Below, in pieces: positions 9,317 through 18,493 of a stretch of 43,562 bases of DNA; the stretch's first letter is position 1, and each line of letters opens with the position of its first letter. The stretch is from Eubacteriales bacterium. Lineage in GTDB: Bacteria > Bacillota > Clostridia > Oscillospirales > CAG-272. The notes below the pieces were generated by a model that was not told where the DNA came from, did not search any database, and worked only from the letters and a program-made list of their open reading frames with translations. Position numbers and translations under genes: made by a program. The DNA is taken from the NCBI GenBank assembly GCA_045636085.1, contig JAZTWU010000078.1:1-43562 (forward strand), given 5' to 3'.

Positions 9317-11367
9317 GCTTTATAGCGATCTCTGAAAAAGTTTATAATTTCAAGGAAGCCGAGGGCATTCTCCTCGACTTCCTTTTCTTTTTTTTCCGCA
9401 TCCTCTGCGGTGCAAAAGGGAAGCACGGGGGAGTGAAAGCCGAGCATTTCTGCGCCATCGCGGCAATCACGGAGAAAGGCGCGGTTCTTTTGGCTCTCGG
9501 AAAGAAGCAAGCATGGGATGCGGCAAAGCAGAGAGAAGATCGCGCCGTGCAAGCGCTCGCTGATGCAAAGCGCGGCATTTTCAGCCAACGTGAAAAAATC
9601 CTCCGCGCTCCGAATCTTGCGTAAGGCTGCTCCGATCTCGGCGGCCGCCGTCTCGGCATAGGCTTCATCCTCCTTTGGAAAAAGGATGGCGAAGATCACG
9701 GTTGCGCCCGCCTCTCGCTTTTTCTTCAAAAAATCAAGCATTGCTTCGCTTGGCCTTCGGCGCGTGATAGCAAGGATCGCGCGCCCGCGCCTGCGCCCGC
9801 TTGCAGGACGGATATGCAGGCAGGGATCCGAGGTCAGAATGATCCGGCCCTTCATTTTTGGCGCAAGTCGAAGTGCAAGCGCGGCATCCGTCTGCGTGCG
9901 CAGATTGAGCGAACGAAAGCGTGATAAAAGCATCCCGCAGAGGCGCTCTGTGAAGCTGCCGCGAAAGCCGCCAAGCCCCATACCGATGCCGATGCAGGCC
10001 TCCTTTTTGCAGAATAAAAGCAAGAGACCGTAATAGAATAGGGATCGCGCAGAGGTCTCACTTTGCAAAAGATTTCCGCCCCCGAAATAAACGCGGTCAC
10101 AGCCGCGAAGATAAAGTGCCGAGCGGATCGGATGCTTGCGCGAGAGCGCACCGTTGCTCCTCTCTTGGCCAAGATGCACCGCGTTCTCCTCTCCGTTTTC
10201 GTGCAGGGCATTGCGGATGCATTTCAGCATCATCTCATCTCCGAAATTTCCGAAGCCGTAGTAGCCAACGATTGCGGTTCTGCGCGCGGCACGGTAGGCA
10301 CATAACGCATCCTCCGCCATAGACTCTGCGGAAAAATCCCTTCGCACGAGCGTGGCAATTTTGCTTCTGAGGTTTTCGCAAAGGCAATGGCTTTTTAAAA
10401 GCGTCTCTATATCCGAAAGAAGCATTTCTTCTTTTATACTTCCGCTGTTTCGACAACAAAAGTTGTCGTATTTGTGATTTTTATAGCATTCCTCGGTTAA
10501 AATTCCGCCATACCCGTCATTTCCTGCCAAAATGATCGGTAAACCGACGGCAGCCCCCTCCAGCGCCGCACGGCTCACGCCGATCAGCATTGCCCCCTCG
10601 CAGAGAGCGCTTTGCACCTCGGCAGTGCTCCCCATTAAAAAAACTACGTCGCATCCCGCCTGCCGATTGGCAGCCGCGGCCGCCGTGCGCAGATTTTCAA
10701 GGTCGTCGCCGTCTCCGTAAATGCGTATGACCGTCTCGGGAAAGCGCTTGTGCAGGGCGGGGGCAATGGCGCAGAGCTTGTGCGCGCAAAGCGAGCGATC
10801 CTTATCCAGCCGTGAAATGTGCAGAATGCACCGACCGCGCACGGGGAGAAAGCGGAAAGTGTCGGTATCGATTCCGTTTTTGGTGAGAAGAATGTTTTTT
10901 TCGTCGAAGCCGTATTCCCGCACGAGATATTCCGATAGATCCCCGCTGACGGCTAAGCTTTTTCTGCCCCAGCGGCTGAAGAGGCGCTTGAGCGGTGCGG
11001 TAGAAAAATCGAGGTGCACGGTCGTCACCAAAGGGATCCCCCGAAGGAAAAGCGTGGCAAGCAGGGCGGTATAGCGCGTGTGCGCGTGCACGGCGGTGAA
11101 GCCTCTGTGCCTTGCCAATCGCAGGATGCGCGCGCATTGAAAAAATCCGCGGGGGCTTCGGTTCCGAAAGGGGGCGCGAACGATGGAAAAGCCGCGCTCC
11201 GCCAGCATTTGCGCGTAAATCCCCCCGTCGCACATCACCTCGACGAGAGCCCCCTTTTTCGCAAGCGCCTCGGCCAGCGTGAAAAGATGCGTTTCCGCTC
11301 CGCCGATATCCATTCCGTCGATCAAAAGCAATACCTTGGTTTCTTCCTTTTGCAAAAAAACGCCCAT
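9310..11367 (-). CDS. csaB: Fused GT4 glycosyltransferase / polysaccharide pyruvyl transferase CsaB
   Basis: N-half: GGAETH, HAH, NGID and ALEG (GT-B). C-half: GYYGFGNFGDE, GGGNLLQ..TS.RSL.YY and RLHG (CsaB/PS_pyruv_trans). Confidence 0.85.
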   Translation of the reverse strand: MGVFLQKEETKVLLLIDGMDIGGAETHLFTLAEALAKKGALVEVMCDGGIYAQMLAERGFSIVRAPFRNRSPRGFFQCARILRLARHRGFTAVHAHTRYTALLATLFLRGIPLVTTVHLDFSTAPLKRLFSRWGRKSLAVSGDLSEYLVREYGFDEKNILLTKNGIDTDTFRFLPVRGRCILHISRLDKDRSLCAHKLCAIAPALHKRFPETVIRIYGDGDDLENLRTAAAAANRQAGCDVVFLMGSTAEVQSALCEGAMLIGVSRAALEGAAVGLPIILAGNDGYGGILTEECYKNHKYDNFCCRNSGSIKEEMLLSDIETLLKSHCLCENLRSKIATLVRRDFSAESMAEDALCAYRAARRTAIVGYYGFGNFGDEMMLKCIRNALHENGEENAVHLGQERSNGALSRKHPIRSALYLRGCDRVYFGGGNLLQSETSARSLFYYGLLLLFCKKEACIGIGMGLGGFRGSFTERLCGMLLSRFRSLNLRTQTDAALALRLAPKMKGRIILTSDPCLHIRPASGRRRGRAILAITRRRPSEAMLDFLKKKREAGATVIFAILFPKEDEAYAETAAAEIGAALRKIRSAEDFFTLAENAALCISERLHGAIFSLLCRIPCLLLSESQKNRAFLRDCRDGAEMLGFHSPVLPFCTAEDAEKKEKEVEENALGFLEIINFFRDRYKAY

Positions 11368-11403
11368 AATAGACTCCTTTTCGTCTATTATGGGCGTTTT
11401 TTT
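11354..11403 (-). terminator. 21-bp perfect hairpin after spoVG, containing the csaB RBS and start codon
   Basis: AAAAAAACGCCCATAATAGAC-8 nt loop-GTCTATTATGGGCGTTTTTTT. Confidence 0.8.
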
Positions 11404-11422
11404 CTTCGATTATGAGAAAAAA

Positions 11423-11722
11423 TCAAAGGATCACGGCATCGTTATCTGCGGCATCAACCTCTGCGGCGGCCAGCTGAACGTGATAAGCGTCGATCACGGC
11501 CTCCTCAAGCTCCGCTCTGAAGCTTGCGTTGATGGGGTGAACGATGTCGCGATAGGTCTCGTCAGGATTCTTGCGGGAGGGCATCACGATGAAATAGCGC
11601 TCTCTTGCATAGATCACCTTGATGTCGTGAACGGCGAGACAATCGTCGAAGGTAACGGAGACAACGGCCTTCATCGGGCCTTCGTCAAAGAATTTACGGA
11701 TCTTAATATTTGTGATTTGCAT
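11423..11722 (-). CDS. spoVG: SpoVG family regulator
   Basis: MQITNIKIRK...KAVVSVTFDD..AVHDIKVI....MPSRK....YRDIVHPIN. Confidence 0.95.
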   Translation of the reverse strand: MQITNIKIRKFFDEGPMKAVVSVTFDDCLAVHDIKVIYARERYFIVMPSRKNPDETYRDIVHPINASFRAELEEAVIDAYHVQLAAAEVDAADNDAVIL

Positions 11723-11883
11723 AGAAGAATTCTCCTGTTTTTTGTGGCATTATTTTCTATTTTGAATATATTATATAATATGTTTGTGTCATATATTCAC
11801 CATTCGTAATAATAATTTAGAAACGCTCTGTAATTTTTTTATGAACGAAAGCAAGAAATATTCAGAAATATAGGAGGTTTTGT

Positions 11884-13269
11884 ATGATACGGTCGAATTC
11901 TTGTGATCCCGAATACAGGCGCGCTCTTTTATTCGGTGAGGGGGCAAGGCTATGCTTTCTTGGGATCGGCGGCGTCAGTATGTATGCCTTGGCGTTGCTC
12001 TTTATGCGGCGCGGTACCTTCGTTTTCGGGCAGGATCGGAGGGAGGGGGAGCGAACGCGAGCTCTTGCCCGCCACGGCGTGCGCGTTTATATTCCCGAGG
12101 CGGGCGCCGCGGTGGAAAGTGCAACGGCGGTGATCGCAAGCCTTTCCGTGGAGGAGGGGGATCCCGATCTTCAGCGCGCAAGGGCGCGCGGAATTCCCGT
12201 TTTCACGCGCGGAGATCTGCTCGGTGCTTGGATGGAGGGATATTCCACCTCCGTCGCCGTCAGCGGAACGCACGGAAAAAGCACCGTCACCGCCGCGCTT
12301 TCCACGGTTTTCTCCTTCGCGGGCAGAGATCCGACGGTGCTTTGCGGTGCCAATCTTTCGCATAGTGAGGAGGCTTTTCGCATCGGCGGCGAGGAATATC
12401 TGATCGCCGAGGCCTGCGAATACGGTGATAGCTTTCTTTCCCTGCGCCCCTCGCTTTCGCTATTTTTGAATTTGGAATGGGATCATCCCGATTATTTTCC
12501 CTCGGAGGAGGCACTCGTCCGATCCTTCAGCCGTGCCGCGATGGGGAGCAAGGTCGTGCTCTATAATGCAAATTCTCCGCTTCTGTGCCGCGCGATTGAG
12601 GCATACGGCGGTCAAAACGCGCTTTCCGTCGGGTGCTCGCCCGATTGCGATTTTTGCTTTGAGACCGTTTCATACGAGAATGCGCGCGCCACGGTTCGCT
12701 TTTGGGAAAGAGGGAAAGCGCCCGTTGATGTGCCGCTTTTGGTGATCGGCCGCTTTCAGGCGGAAAATGCCGCAATGGTGCTTGCCGCCGCGGCGTATCT
12801 CGGAATTTGCCCAGAAACGGCAGGCGCGGCACTTTCGGCCTTCGGCGGTATCGCGCGGCGGATGACCCCTGTTTTTTCCGACGGCGCGCGCACAATTTAC
12901 TACGATTACGCGCATCATCCAACGGAGATCCGCGCCACGGTTCAGACGCTTCGCGAGCTTCACGGCGCGCCGATCACCGTTCTCTTTCGGCCGCACACCT
13001 TTTCGCGCACCGAGGCGCTTTTTGAGAAAACGGCCGCCGCGCTCTCCTTGGCGGACCGTCTCTTTATCACGGATATAGACGGCGCGCGCGAAAGCACGGG
13101 GCGCGTCAGCGCCGATATGCTTGCCAAGGCCGCGGGTGGCACTTATATTCCGCTTTCCAAGGCGGCCGAAATAGAGCCGCTTCCCGAGGGCGTGACCGTT
13201 TTGATGGGAGCGGGAGACCTCTCCTCCGTGCTTGCCGCGCTGAAGAAGCGGTGCGAAAAAAAAGATTGA
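11884..13269 (+). CDS. murC: UDP-N-acetylmuramate--L-alanine ligase
   Basis: GIGGVSM, GTHGKST, EACEY, DHPDYF, DYAHHPTEI, PHTFSRT and MGAGD. GGAGG RBS. Confidence 0.93.
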   Translation: MIRSNSCDPEYRRALLFGEGARLCFLGIGGVSMYALALLFMRRGTFVFGQDRREGERTRALARHGVRVYIPEAGAAVESATAVIASLSVEEGDPDLQRARARGIPVFTRGDLLGAWMEGYSTSVAVSGTHGKSTVTAALSTVFSFAGRDPTVLCGANLSHSEEAFRIGGEEYLIAEACEYGDSFLSLRPSLSLFLNLEWDHPDYFPSEEALVRSFSRAAMGSKVVLYNANSPLLCRAIEAYGGQNALSVGCSPDCDFCFETVSYENARATVRFWERGKAPVDVPLLVIGRFQAENAAMVLAAAAYLGICPETAGAALSAFGGIARRMTPVFSDGARTIYYDYAHHPTEIRATVQTLRELHGAPITVLFRPHTFSRTEALFEKTAAALSLADRLFITDIDGARESTGRVSADMLAKAAGGTYIPLSKAAEIEPLPEGVTVLMGAGDLSSVLAALKKRCEKKD

Positions 13270-13294
13270 CAAAGCTTTTTTCTTGATGTAAAAT
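13266..13294 (+). promoter_or_regulatory. Sigma-A promoter of mgtE
   Basis: TTGACA-17 bp-TAAAAT, giving a leader of about 150 nt. Confidence 0.7.
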
Positions 13295-13452
13295 AAAAGT
13301 ATAATGCGTATGCTGTTTTTTTTCAAAGGACACACTAAAACAAAGCTTTTAAGATATGGAGAGGAGTGGTTTTGCGTGAGTGATGCGGGCGATCGATGCT
13401 TGTATAAGAAAGAAAAAATAAAAAATGCAGAGCCGTTTCTCTCTGCAGGAAA

Positions 13453-14853
13453 GTGAGTTTTATGGCTGTTTTTGGAGAGCTTGATCGCGAGATGCTCCCC
13501 GAGATCGCGGCAGAATGGGAAAAGGCGATCGAGGAGCGCCGCTATGCGGATTTTCGCGTGGAGGTTTCGCGGTATCATATCGCGGATATTATAGAAATTT
13601 TTTCATATATTTCCGAGCCCTACGAGGGGCGTGCCTTCCGACTTTTGACGAAGGAGCAGGCCGCAGAGGTTTTTCCCGCCCTCGAAAGTGACCGTATGGA
13701 GCGCATACTTTCGCTCGTTTCGGATTCCGAGCTTGCACATATGCTCGATGAGATGTATCTGGACGATACGGTGGATATCATCGAGGAGATGCCCGCTTAT
13801 GTTGTGAAGCGCATTATGCGCAACAGCACGGAGGAGGATAGGGAGGCGCTTTCCCGCCTTTTGCGATACCCCAAGGATAGCGCGGGCTCGATTATGACCA
13901 CCGAATACGTCCGCTTCACGGGTGAGCAAACGGTGGAGGCCGCGCTGGCGCATATCCGTCGCGTTGCGATCGATAAGGAAACCATTTATACCTGCTATGT
14001 GACGGATAAAACGCGCCGCCTCCTCGGTATCGTCACGGCGAAAAAGCTCCTGATCTCCCCCCTCGATATGCGACTTTCCGAGATTATGGAGTCGCACGTG
14101 ATCTGCGCAGGCACCACCGAGGATAAGGAAGGCGTGGCAATGAAATTCGATAAATACGGATTTTTGGCGCTCCCCGTTGTGGATGCGGAGAATCGCCTTG
14201 TCGGTATCGTGACGGTGGATGATGCAATGGATGTCCTTCGTGAAGAGGTGGAGGAGGATATTGCCAAGATGGCAGGTATGTCTCCCACGGAGGCGCCTTA
14301 TTTGAAAACGCCCGTGCATAAGCTCTTTTTGTCGCGCGTGCCGTGGCTTCTTCTGCTTATGATCTCGGCCACCTTCTCCAGCACGATTCTGAATTTCTTT
14401 GAAAATGCGCTCCCTGCCGTTTTGGTGCTCTTCGTTCCTATGCTGATGGATACGGGCGGAAACAGCGGCGGTCAGGCATCCGTCACGCTGATTCGCGGAC
14501 TCTCTCTCGGAGAGATCACGAAAAGAGATGTGGCAAAGGTGCTTGCCAAGGAAATCTGCGTTGGTCTGCTTTGCGGCGCGGCGGTTGCGCTTGCGGCCTT
14601 TTTCAAGGTGCTTTTGATTGACCGATGGATGATGGGCAACCCCTCCGTCTCGCTTTCCGTCGCACTTGCCGTTGCACTTTCTATGCTGGCAACCGTTCTG
14701 ATTGCCAAGATTGTCGGATGTCTTCTTCCTTTCGGCGCGGCTCGCATCGGTCTCGATCCTGCTGTGATGGCCTCTCCTTTTATCACAACGATCGTGGATG
14801 CAATCGCGCTTCTTATGTACTTCTTTATCTCCGCAAATATCCTCAAAATATGA
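13453..14853 (+). CDS. mgtE: Magnesium transporter MgtE
   Basis: N-domain, tandem CBS domains (SAGSIMTTEYV, LVGIVTVDD), and TM motifs RVPWLL, DTGGNSGGQ and DPAVMASPFITTIVD. Start is GTG 13453 or ATG 13462. Confidence 0.95.
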   Translation: MSFMAVFGELDREMLPEIAAEWEKAIEERRYADFRVEVSRYHIADIIEIFSYISEPYEGRAFRLLTKEQAAEVFPALESDRMERILSLVSDSELAHMLDEMYLDDTVDIIEEMPAYVVKRIMRNSTEEDREALSRLLRYPKDSAGSIMTTEYVRFTGEQTVEAALAHIRRVAIDKETIYTCYVTDKTRRLLGIVTAKKLLISPLDMRLSEIMESHVICAGTTEDKEGVAMKFDKYGFLALPVVDAENRLVGIVTVDDAMDVLREEVEEDIAKMAGMSPTEAPYLKTPVHKLFLSRVPWLLLLMISATFSSTILNFFENALPAVLVLFVPMLMDTGGNSGGQASVTLIRGLSLGEITKRDVAKVLAKEICVGLLCGAAVALAAFFKVLLIDRWMMGNPSVSLSVALAVALSMLATVLIAKIVGCLLPFGAARIGLDPAVMASPFITTIVDAIALLMYFFISANILKI

Positions 14854-14909
14854 TGTATTGTAAATTGTTATTTTCATTATTCAAGTAAAAATGCAAAAAG
14901 GATGAAAAA

Positions 14910-15560
14910 ATGTCCCAATACGATTTGATTCTCTTTGATCTGGATGGAACGCTTTCTGATCCGGAAAGCGGGCTGATCAAGAGCTTCTCCTATGCGCTTT
15001 CCCGTATGGGAATCGATTGCTCGGATACCGATGCGCTCCGCCGTTTTATCGGCCCTCCGCTCTTTGAGGAATGGCAGCGCGTGTATGGCTTTTCACCCGA
15101 GGAATCGGGCCGCGCCTTGGATTATTTTCACGAATATTTTGAAAAGGATGGCTGGTGCGATAATCGGATGTACGAGGGAATTCCTTCTCTGCTTTCCGCC
15201 TTGAAGGGCGCGGGCAAAAGGATCGCTCTTGCCACCTCCAAGCCCGAAAAATACGCAAGAATGATTTTGGAATATTTCGGCATTGCGCACTATTTTGACT
15301 TTGCGGCGGGTGCTTATTCGGATCGCATCCGTGATAAAAAATGGGAGGTGCTTTCCTACGCTCTGGAGCAGTTTCCCGATATGCCGCGCAGTCGGTGCGT
15401 TCTGATCGGAGATCGGAAATACGATGCCGAGGGTGCCGCAATCTGCGGCATTGATTGTATCGGCGTTTTATGGGGGCACGGAAGTGCGGAGGAGCTGGAG
15501 GCGGGTGGCTTCGTCGCCCTCTTTGATTCCCCAACATCACTTCTTTCCTACTTGATTTAG
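14910..15560 (+). CDS. HAD-superfamily phosphatase (Gph/5'-nucleotidase-like)
   Basis: FDLDGTL, FIGPPL, ATSKP and IGDRKYD motifs. Confidence 0.9.
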   Translation: MSQYDLILFDLDGTLSDPESGLIKSFSYALSRMGIDCSDTDALRRFIGPPLFEEWQRVYGFSPEESGRALDYFHEYFEKDGWCDNRMYEGIPSLLSALKGAGKRIALATSKPEKYARMILEYFGIAHYFDFAAGAYSDRIRDKKWEVLSYALEQFPDMPRSRCVLIGDRKYDAEGAAICGIDCIGVLWGHGSAEELEAGGFVALFDSPTSLLSYLI

Positions 15561-15573
15561 CCTGTTTTTTATT

Positions 15574-15619
15574 AAGGAGCGCTTTTGTGAAAGTCTCACA
15601 AAAGCGCTCCTTCGTTTTT
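15574..15619 (+). terminator. Intrinsic terminator after the HAD gene
   Basis: 17-bp perfect stem AAGGAGCGCTTTTGTGA / TCACAAAAGCGCTCCTT followed by CGTTTTT. Confidence 0.75.
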
Positions 15620-15740
15620 GTCACAAAAGCGCCGCGCACGCAAAATATTTTCTCTTTTTAAAGGAAAACGCCTTTCGTTTTCTCTCCCCGTATGGTATGA
15701 TAGCATTAAATCATCTGATTTAAAAAGAGGGGGGCGCTTT

Positions 15741-18179
15741 ATGAAGCGTTTGATATTTTTGCTTTTGTGTCTTTTCTCGCTTGGTGCTATGGCTTCCTGC
15801 GGCATTGTACCGCCCGGGGCAGGCGGCCCGCCCGCGTCCGATGAGGAATACACAGTCACCTTTCTTTCGCAGAATGCGAGCGCCACGGTTTCGCAGAACA
15901 CCGTTAAGGTGAAGGCGGGGCAGAGCGCAGAATTTTCCGTTTCGCTCTCCGAAACGGCGGTATTCCGCAGTGTGAGCGAGGGTAGCTTTGATTATAAAAC
16001 GGGAAAGCTGACCGTTCCGAATATCACGAAGGATACGCGCGTCACCTTCATTGCTGAGGAGGTCGGATACGATACCACGGGCGAGTATCACTTCACCCTC
16101 AACGGTAGCGATATGGATACGACCTCACATTATAACCCGAATGCTCCGATCCAGCCGGGCACGCATATCAGCGTGCAGGCAGGGGATATGAACGCAAGCT
16201 TTCTTGGCTGGTCCTTGCATAAAAGCGCGGCCGAGGGTGGCACCGTCGTTTCCACCGAGCGCGCATATAGCTTCGATCTCTCGCCCTCCGTTGTGGTGGA
16301 CGGCGCGCTGACGCTTTACGCAAACTACACCGATACGAATTCTTATTATTACGATCCCAATGGCGGCGAAATTCTCCTAAGCAGTCAGAATATGACCGTC
16401 AAATCCACCTACCGTGCGCAACTCGAGGGAAACCGCCTTTGCGTTTCGCTTTCCGAAAGAGAAATGGAGGAGCTTGGATGCGCCTCACTTTTCTATGACG
16501 ACGGCACCTTTTACCGCGACGGCTTCGTTCTGATCGAATACAATACGCGCCCCGACGGCACGGGTGAGGGATATAGCCTCGGCTCGAAATTCCCGATGAC
16601 GGACGAGGAGCGTGTGCTTTATTGCATCTGGGCGCAGGTTGAGGCGGAATCTAAGTTTGCCTATACGGATTTCACCTTCCGCGGCACGAAGGGTGTGCAG
16701 ATCCGCTCTTATTTCGGCAATGCGGAGACCGTCGTGATTCCCGAAAAGCTCGGCGGCAAGCGCGTGATTTCCGTGGCGAGCGGCGCCTTTGACCATTGCT
16801 CGAATATGAAAACCCTCGTATTCTCCCGTCATTTGCTCTCCGTGGAGGACGGCGCCTTTAAGAATCTCGGCGCGCTCACAACGATCTATTATTCCGATGC
16901 AATCTACGATATCGGAAATGCCGTGATCGATGCATCGGGGTATGCAACGCTGAAGCACTTTATCGTCAATGCAACGACGGCACCGAGATTTTCCACGGCA
17001 GATGGCGCGTTTGCAAAAAAATTCTGCCGCCTTCTTGCAACGGCGGATCAGCCGCGCATTATAATGATTGCGGGCTCCTCTGCGCGGCAGGGATTTTCAA
17101 CGCCGTATCTTCAGAATCTTCTGGATCAGGGATATGCCGTGATCAATTTCGGCACCACCCGCACGACGCACGGCTTCCTCTACCTCGAGGCGATGCAGAA
17201 CTATGCAAACGAAAACGATATCATTCTCTATGCGCCCGAAAACAGCTCCTATATGATGGGAGAGGGAACGCTATACTGGAAAACCCTGCGCGATATGGAG
17301 GGAATGTATAACCTTTTCCGCTGTATTGATATCAGCGGATATTCCAATGTCTTCGGCGCGTTCTGTGAATTCAACAGCGGCTATGCCGAGGTTCCCGGCG
17401 TGGATAGCTGTTATGCACCTCGTATGGGTAACGCGCAGTATGATGCGATTGCTCCGAAAACCTATGAGGCGATTTTGGATGCCTCGGGTGACGATGTGTA
17501 TGGCGATTATCAGCACGCAACCCGCGCCGCCTATCGCTCTGCCTGCACGGCGGCCTATCAGGATACCTATGTGATCACCCTGAACAATCGCTTCAAATCG
17601 ATGTATGATACGGGATGGGACAATAAGATCCCCGATTATTGGAAGAGTGACGATTGGCAGGATCCGCAGAACGAAAGCTGGTGCAATATCGACGATCCGT
17701 ATTTCGTAACCAATATGAACCGCGCCATCCTTGCCGCAAGGAGCACGGGTGCAAAGGTGTATTTCTCCTTCTGCCCCGTCGATGCATCCCGTATTTGCGA
17801 GCAGGCGCTCGCGGATATTGACGCGTGGTGCGCGGACTATGAGGAAATGATCGCCTCCACCTATGCCTTCGACGGCATCCTCGGAGCTGCCAAGGACTAC
17901 ATAATGCACCACGAATATTTTTATAACAACGCCTTCCATCCAAACGATTACGGCCGCGTTTACAGAACCTATCAGGTGTATCTTGATCTTTGTGATCTTC
18001 TTGCTGTGGAGGACGTGCATCCTGTCGGCTATGTTGATTGGAGCGATCCCTCGGTTGAGGGCGCGTATTCCATCGGGATTGCTCTGAAAATGCAGTATCC
18101 CGGATGCTCCTTTGAACTTCTTCCCGTTGTGGGAACGGTGCGTGAGGAGCCGAAGTATTCCGCCTTTTCGGAGAATTGA
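15741..18179 (+). CDS. Lipoprotein with InlB B-repeat-like and BspA-type LRR modules plus a C-terminal SGNH/AlgX-DltD-like acyltransferase domain
   Basis: MKRLIFLLLCLFSLGAMASC lipobox. YDPNGG...YNTRPDGTG...YCIW repeat. VVIPEKLGGKRVISVASGAF LRR_5 module. IIMIAGSS, VINFG and FYNNAFHPNDYG blocks. Confidence 0.7.
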   Translation: MKRLIFLLLCLFSLGAMASCGIVPPGAGGPPASDEEYTVTFLSQNASATVSQNTVKVKAGQSAEFSVSLSETAVFRSVSEGSFDYKTGKLTVPNITKDTRVTFIAEEVGYDTTGEYHFTLNGSDMDTTSHYNPNAPIQPGTHISVQAGDMNASFLGWSLHKSAAEGGTVVSTERAYSFDLSPSVVVDGALTLYANYTDTNSYYYDPNGGEILLSSQNMTVKSTYRAQLEGNRLCVSLSEREMEELGCASLFYDDGTFYRDGFVLIEYNTRPDGTGEGYSLGSKFPMTDEERVLYCIWAQVEAESKFAYTDFTFRGTKGVQIRSYFGNAETVVIPEKLGGKRVISVASGAFDHCSNMKTLVFSRHLLSVEDGAFKNLGALTTIYYSDAIYDIGNAVIDASGYATLKHFIVNATTAPRFSTADGAFAKKFCRLLATADQPRIIMIAGSSARQGFSTPYLQNLLDQGYAVINFGTTRTTHGFLYLEAMQNYANENDIILYAPENSSYMMGEGTLYWKTLRDMEGMYNLFRCIDISGYSNVFGAFCEFNSGYAEVPGVDSCYAPRMGNAQYDAIAPKTYEAILDASGDDVYGDYQHATRAAYRSACTAAYQDTYVITLNNRFKSMYDTGWDNKIPDYWKSDDWQDPQNESWCNIDDPYFVTNMNRAILAARSTGAKVYFSFCPVDASRICEQALADIDAWCADYEEMIASTYAFDGILGAAKDYIMHHEYFYNNAFHPNDYGRVYRTYQVYLDLCDLLAVEDVHPVGYVDWSDPSVEGAYSIGIALKMQYPGCSFELLPVVGTVREEPKYSAFSEN

Positions 18180-18217
18180 CGTTTTATCTTTTCTAAGTCT
18201 ATAAAAAGGAGTCCGTT

Positions 18218-18493
18218 ATGCAGATTCTCTCACAACCTTTGCCGCTTGTTCTGTATGTGATCTTGCTGGCGGCGCATTTTCTTCCCTTGCTTTTTTCTGA
18301 AAAGCTCGGAAAAATTCTGCGATATGCAAATATAACATTACATATCATTCTTTTTGCTCTCCTTCTTTGGACTTCGGTTCCTATGGAGGAAACGGCGCTT
18401 CTTTATCTTTTATCCCTGCTTGTATATCTTGGATCTGCGCTTGTCGATGCAAAATTCCATCCCTCGGCCGCCGATAGGGAGGTGGAGAAATGA
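18218..18493 (+). CDS. Small membrane protein (about 3 TM), translationally coupled to the MBOAT gene
   Basis: AAGGAG RBS, three hydrophobic segments, and an ATGA stop/start overlap with the next gene. Confidence 0.75.
   Translation: MQILSQPLPLVLYVILLAAHFLPLLFSEKLGKILRYANITLHIILFALLLWTSVPMEETALLYLLSLLVYLGSALVDAKFHPSAADREVEK

Noticed and set aside
13300-13452. M-box (ykoK) riboswitch before mgtE
   Set aside because: I could not recognise the conserved M-box core or a terminator. An Rfam scan would confirm.
15585-15601. Rex-like TTGTGA-N5-TCACAA
   Set aside because: Spacing is one base short of the Rex box, and it is the top of a terminator stem.
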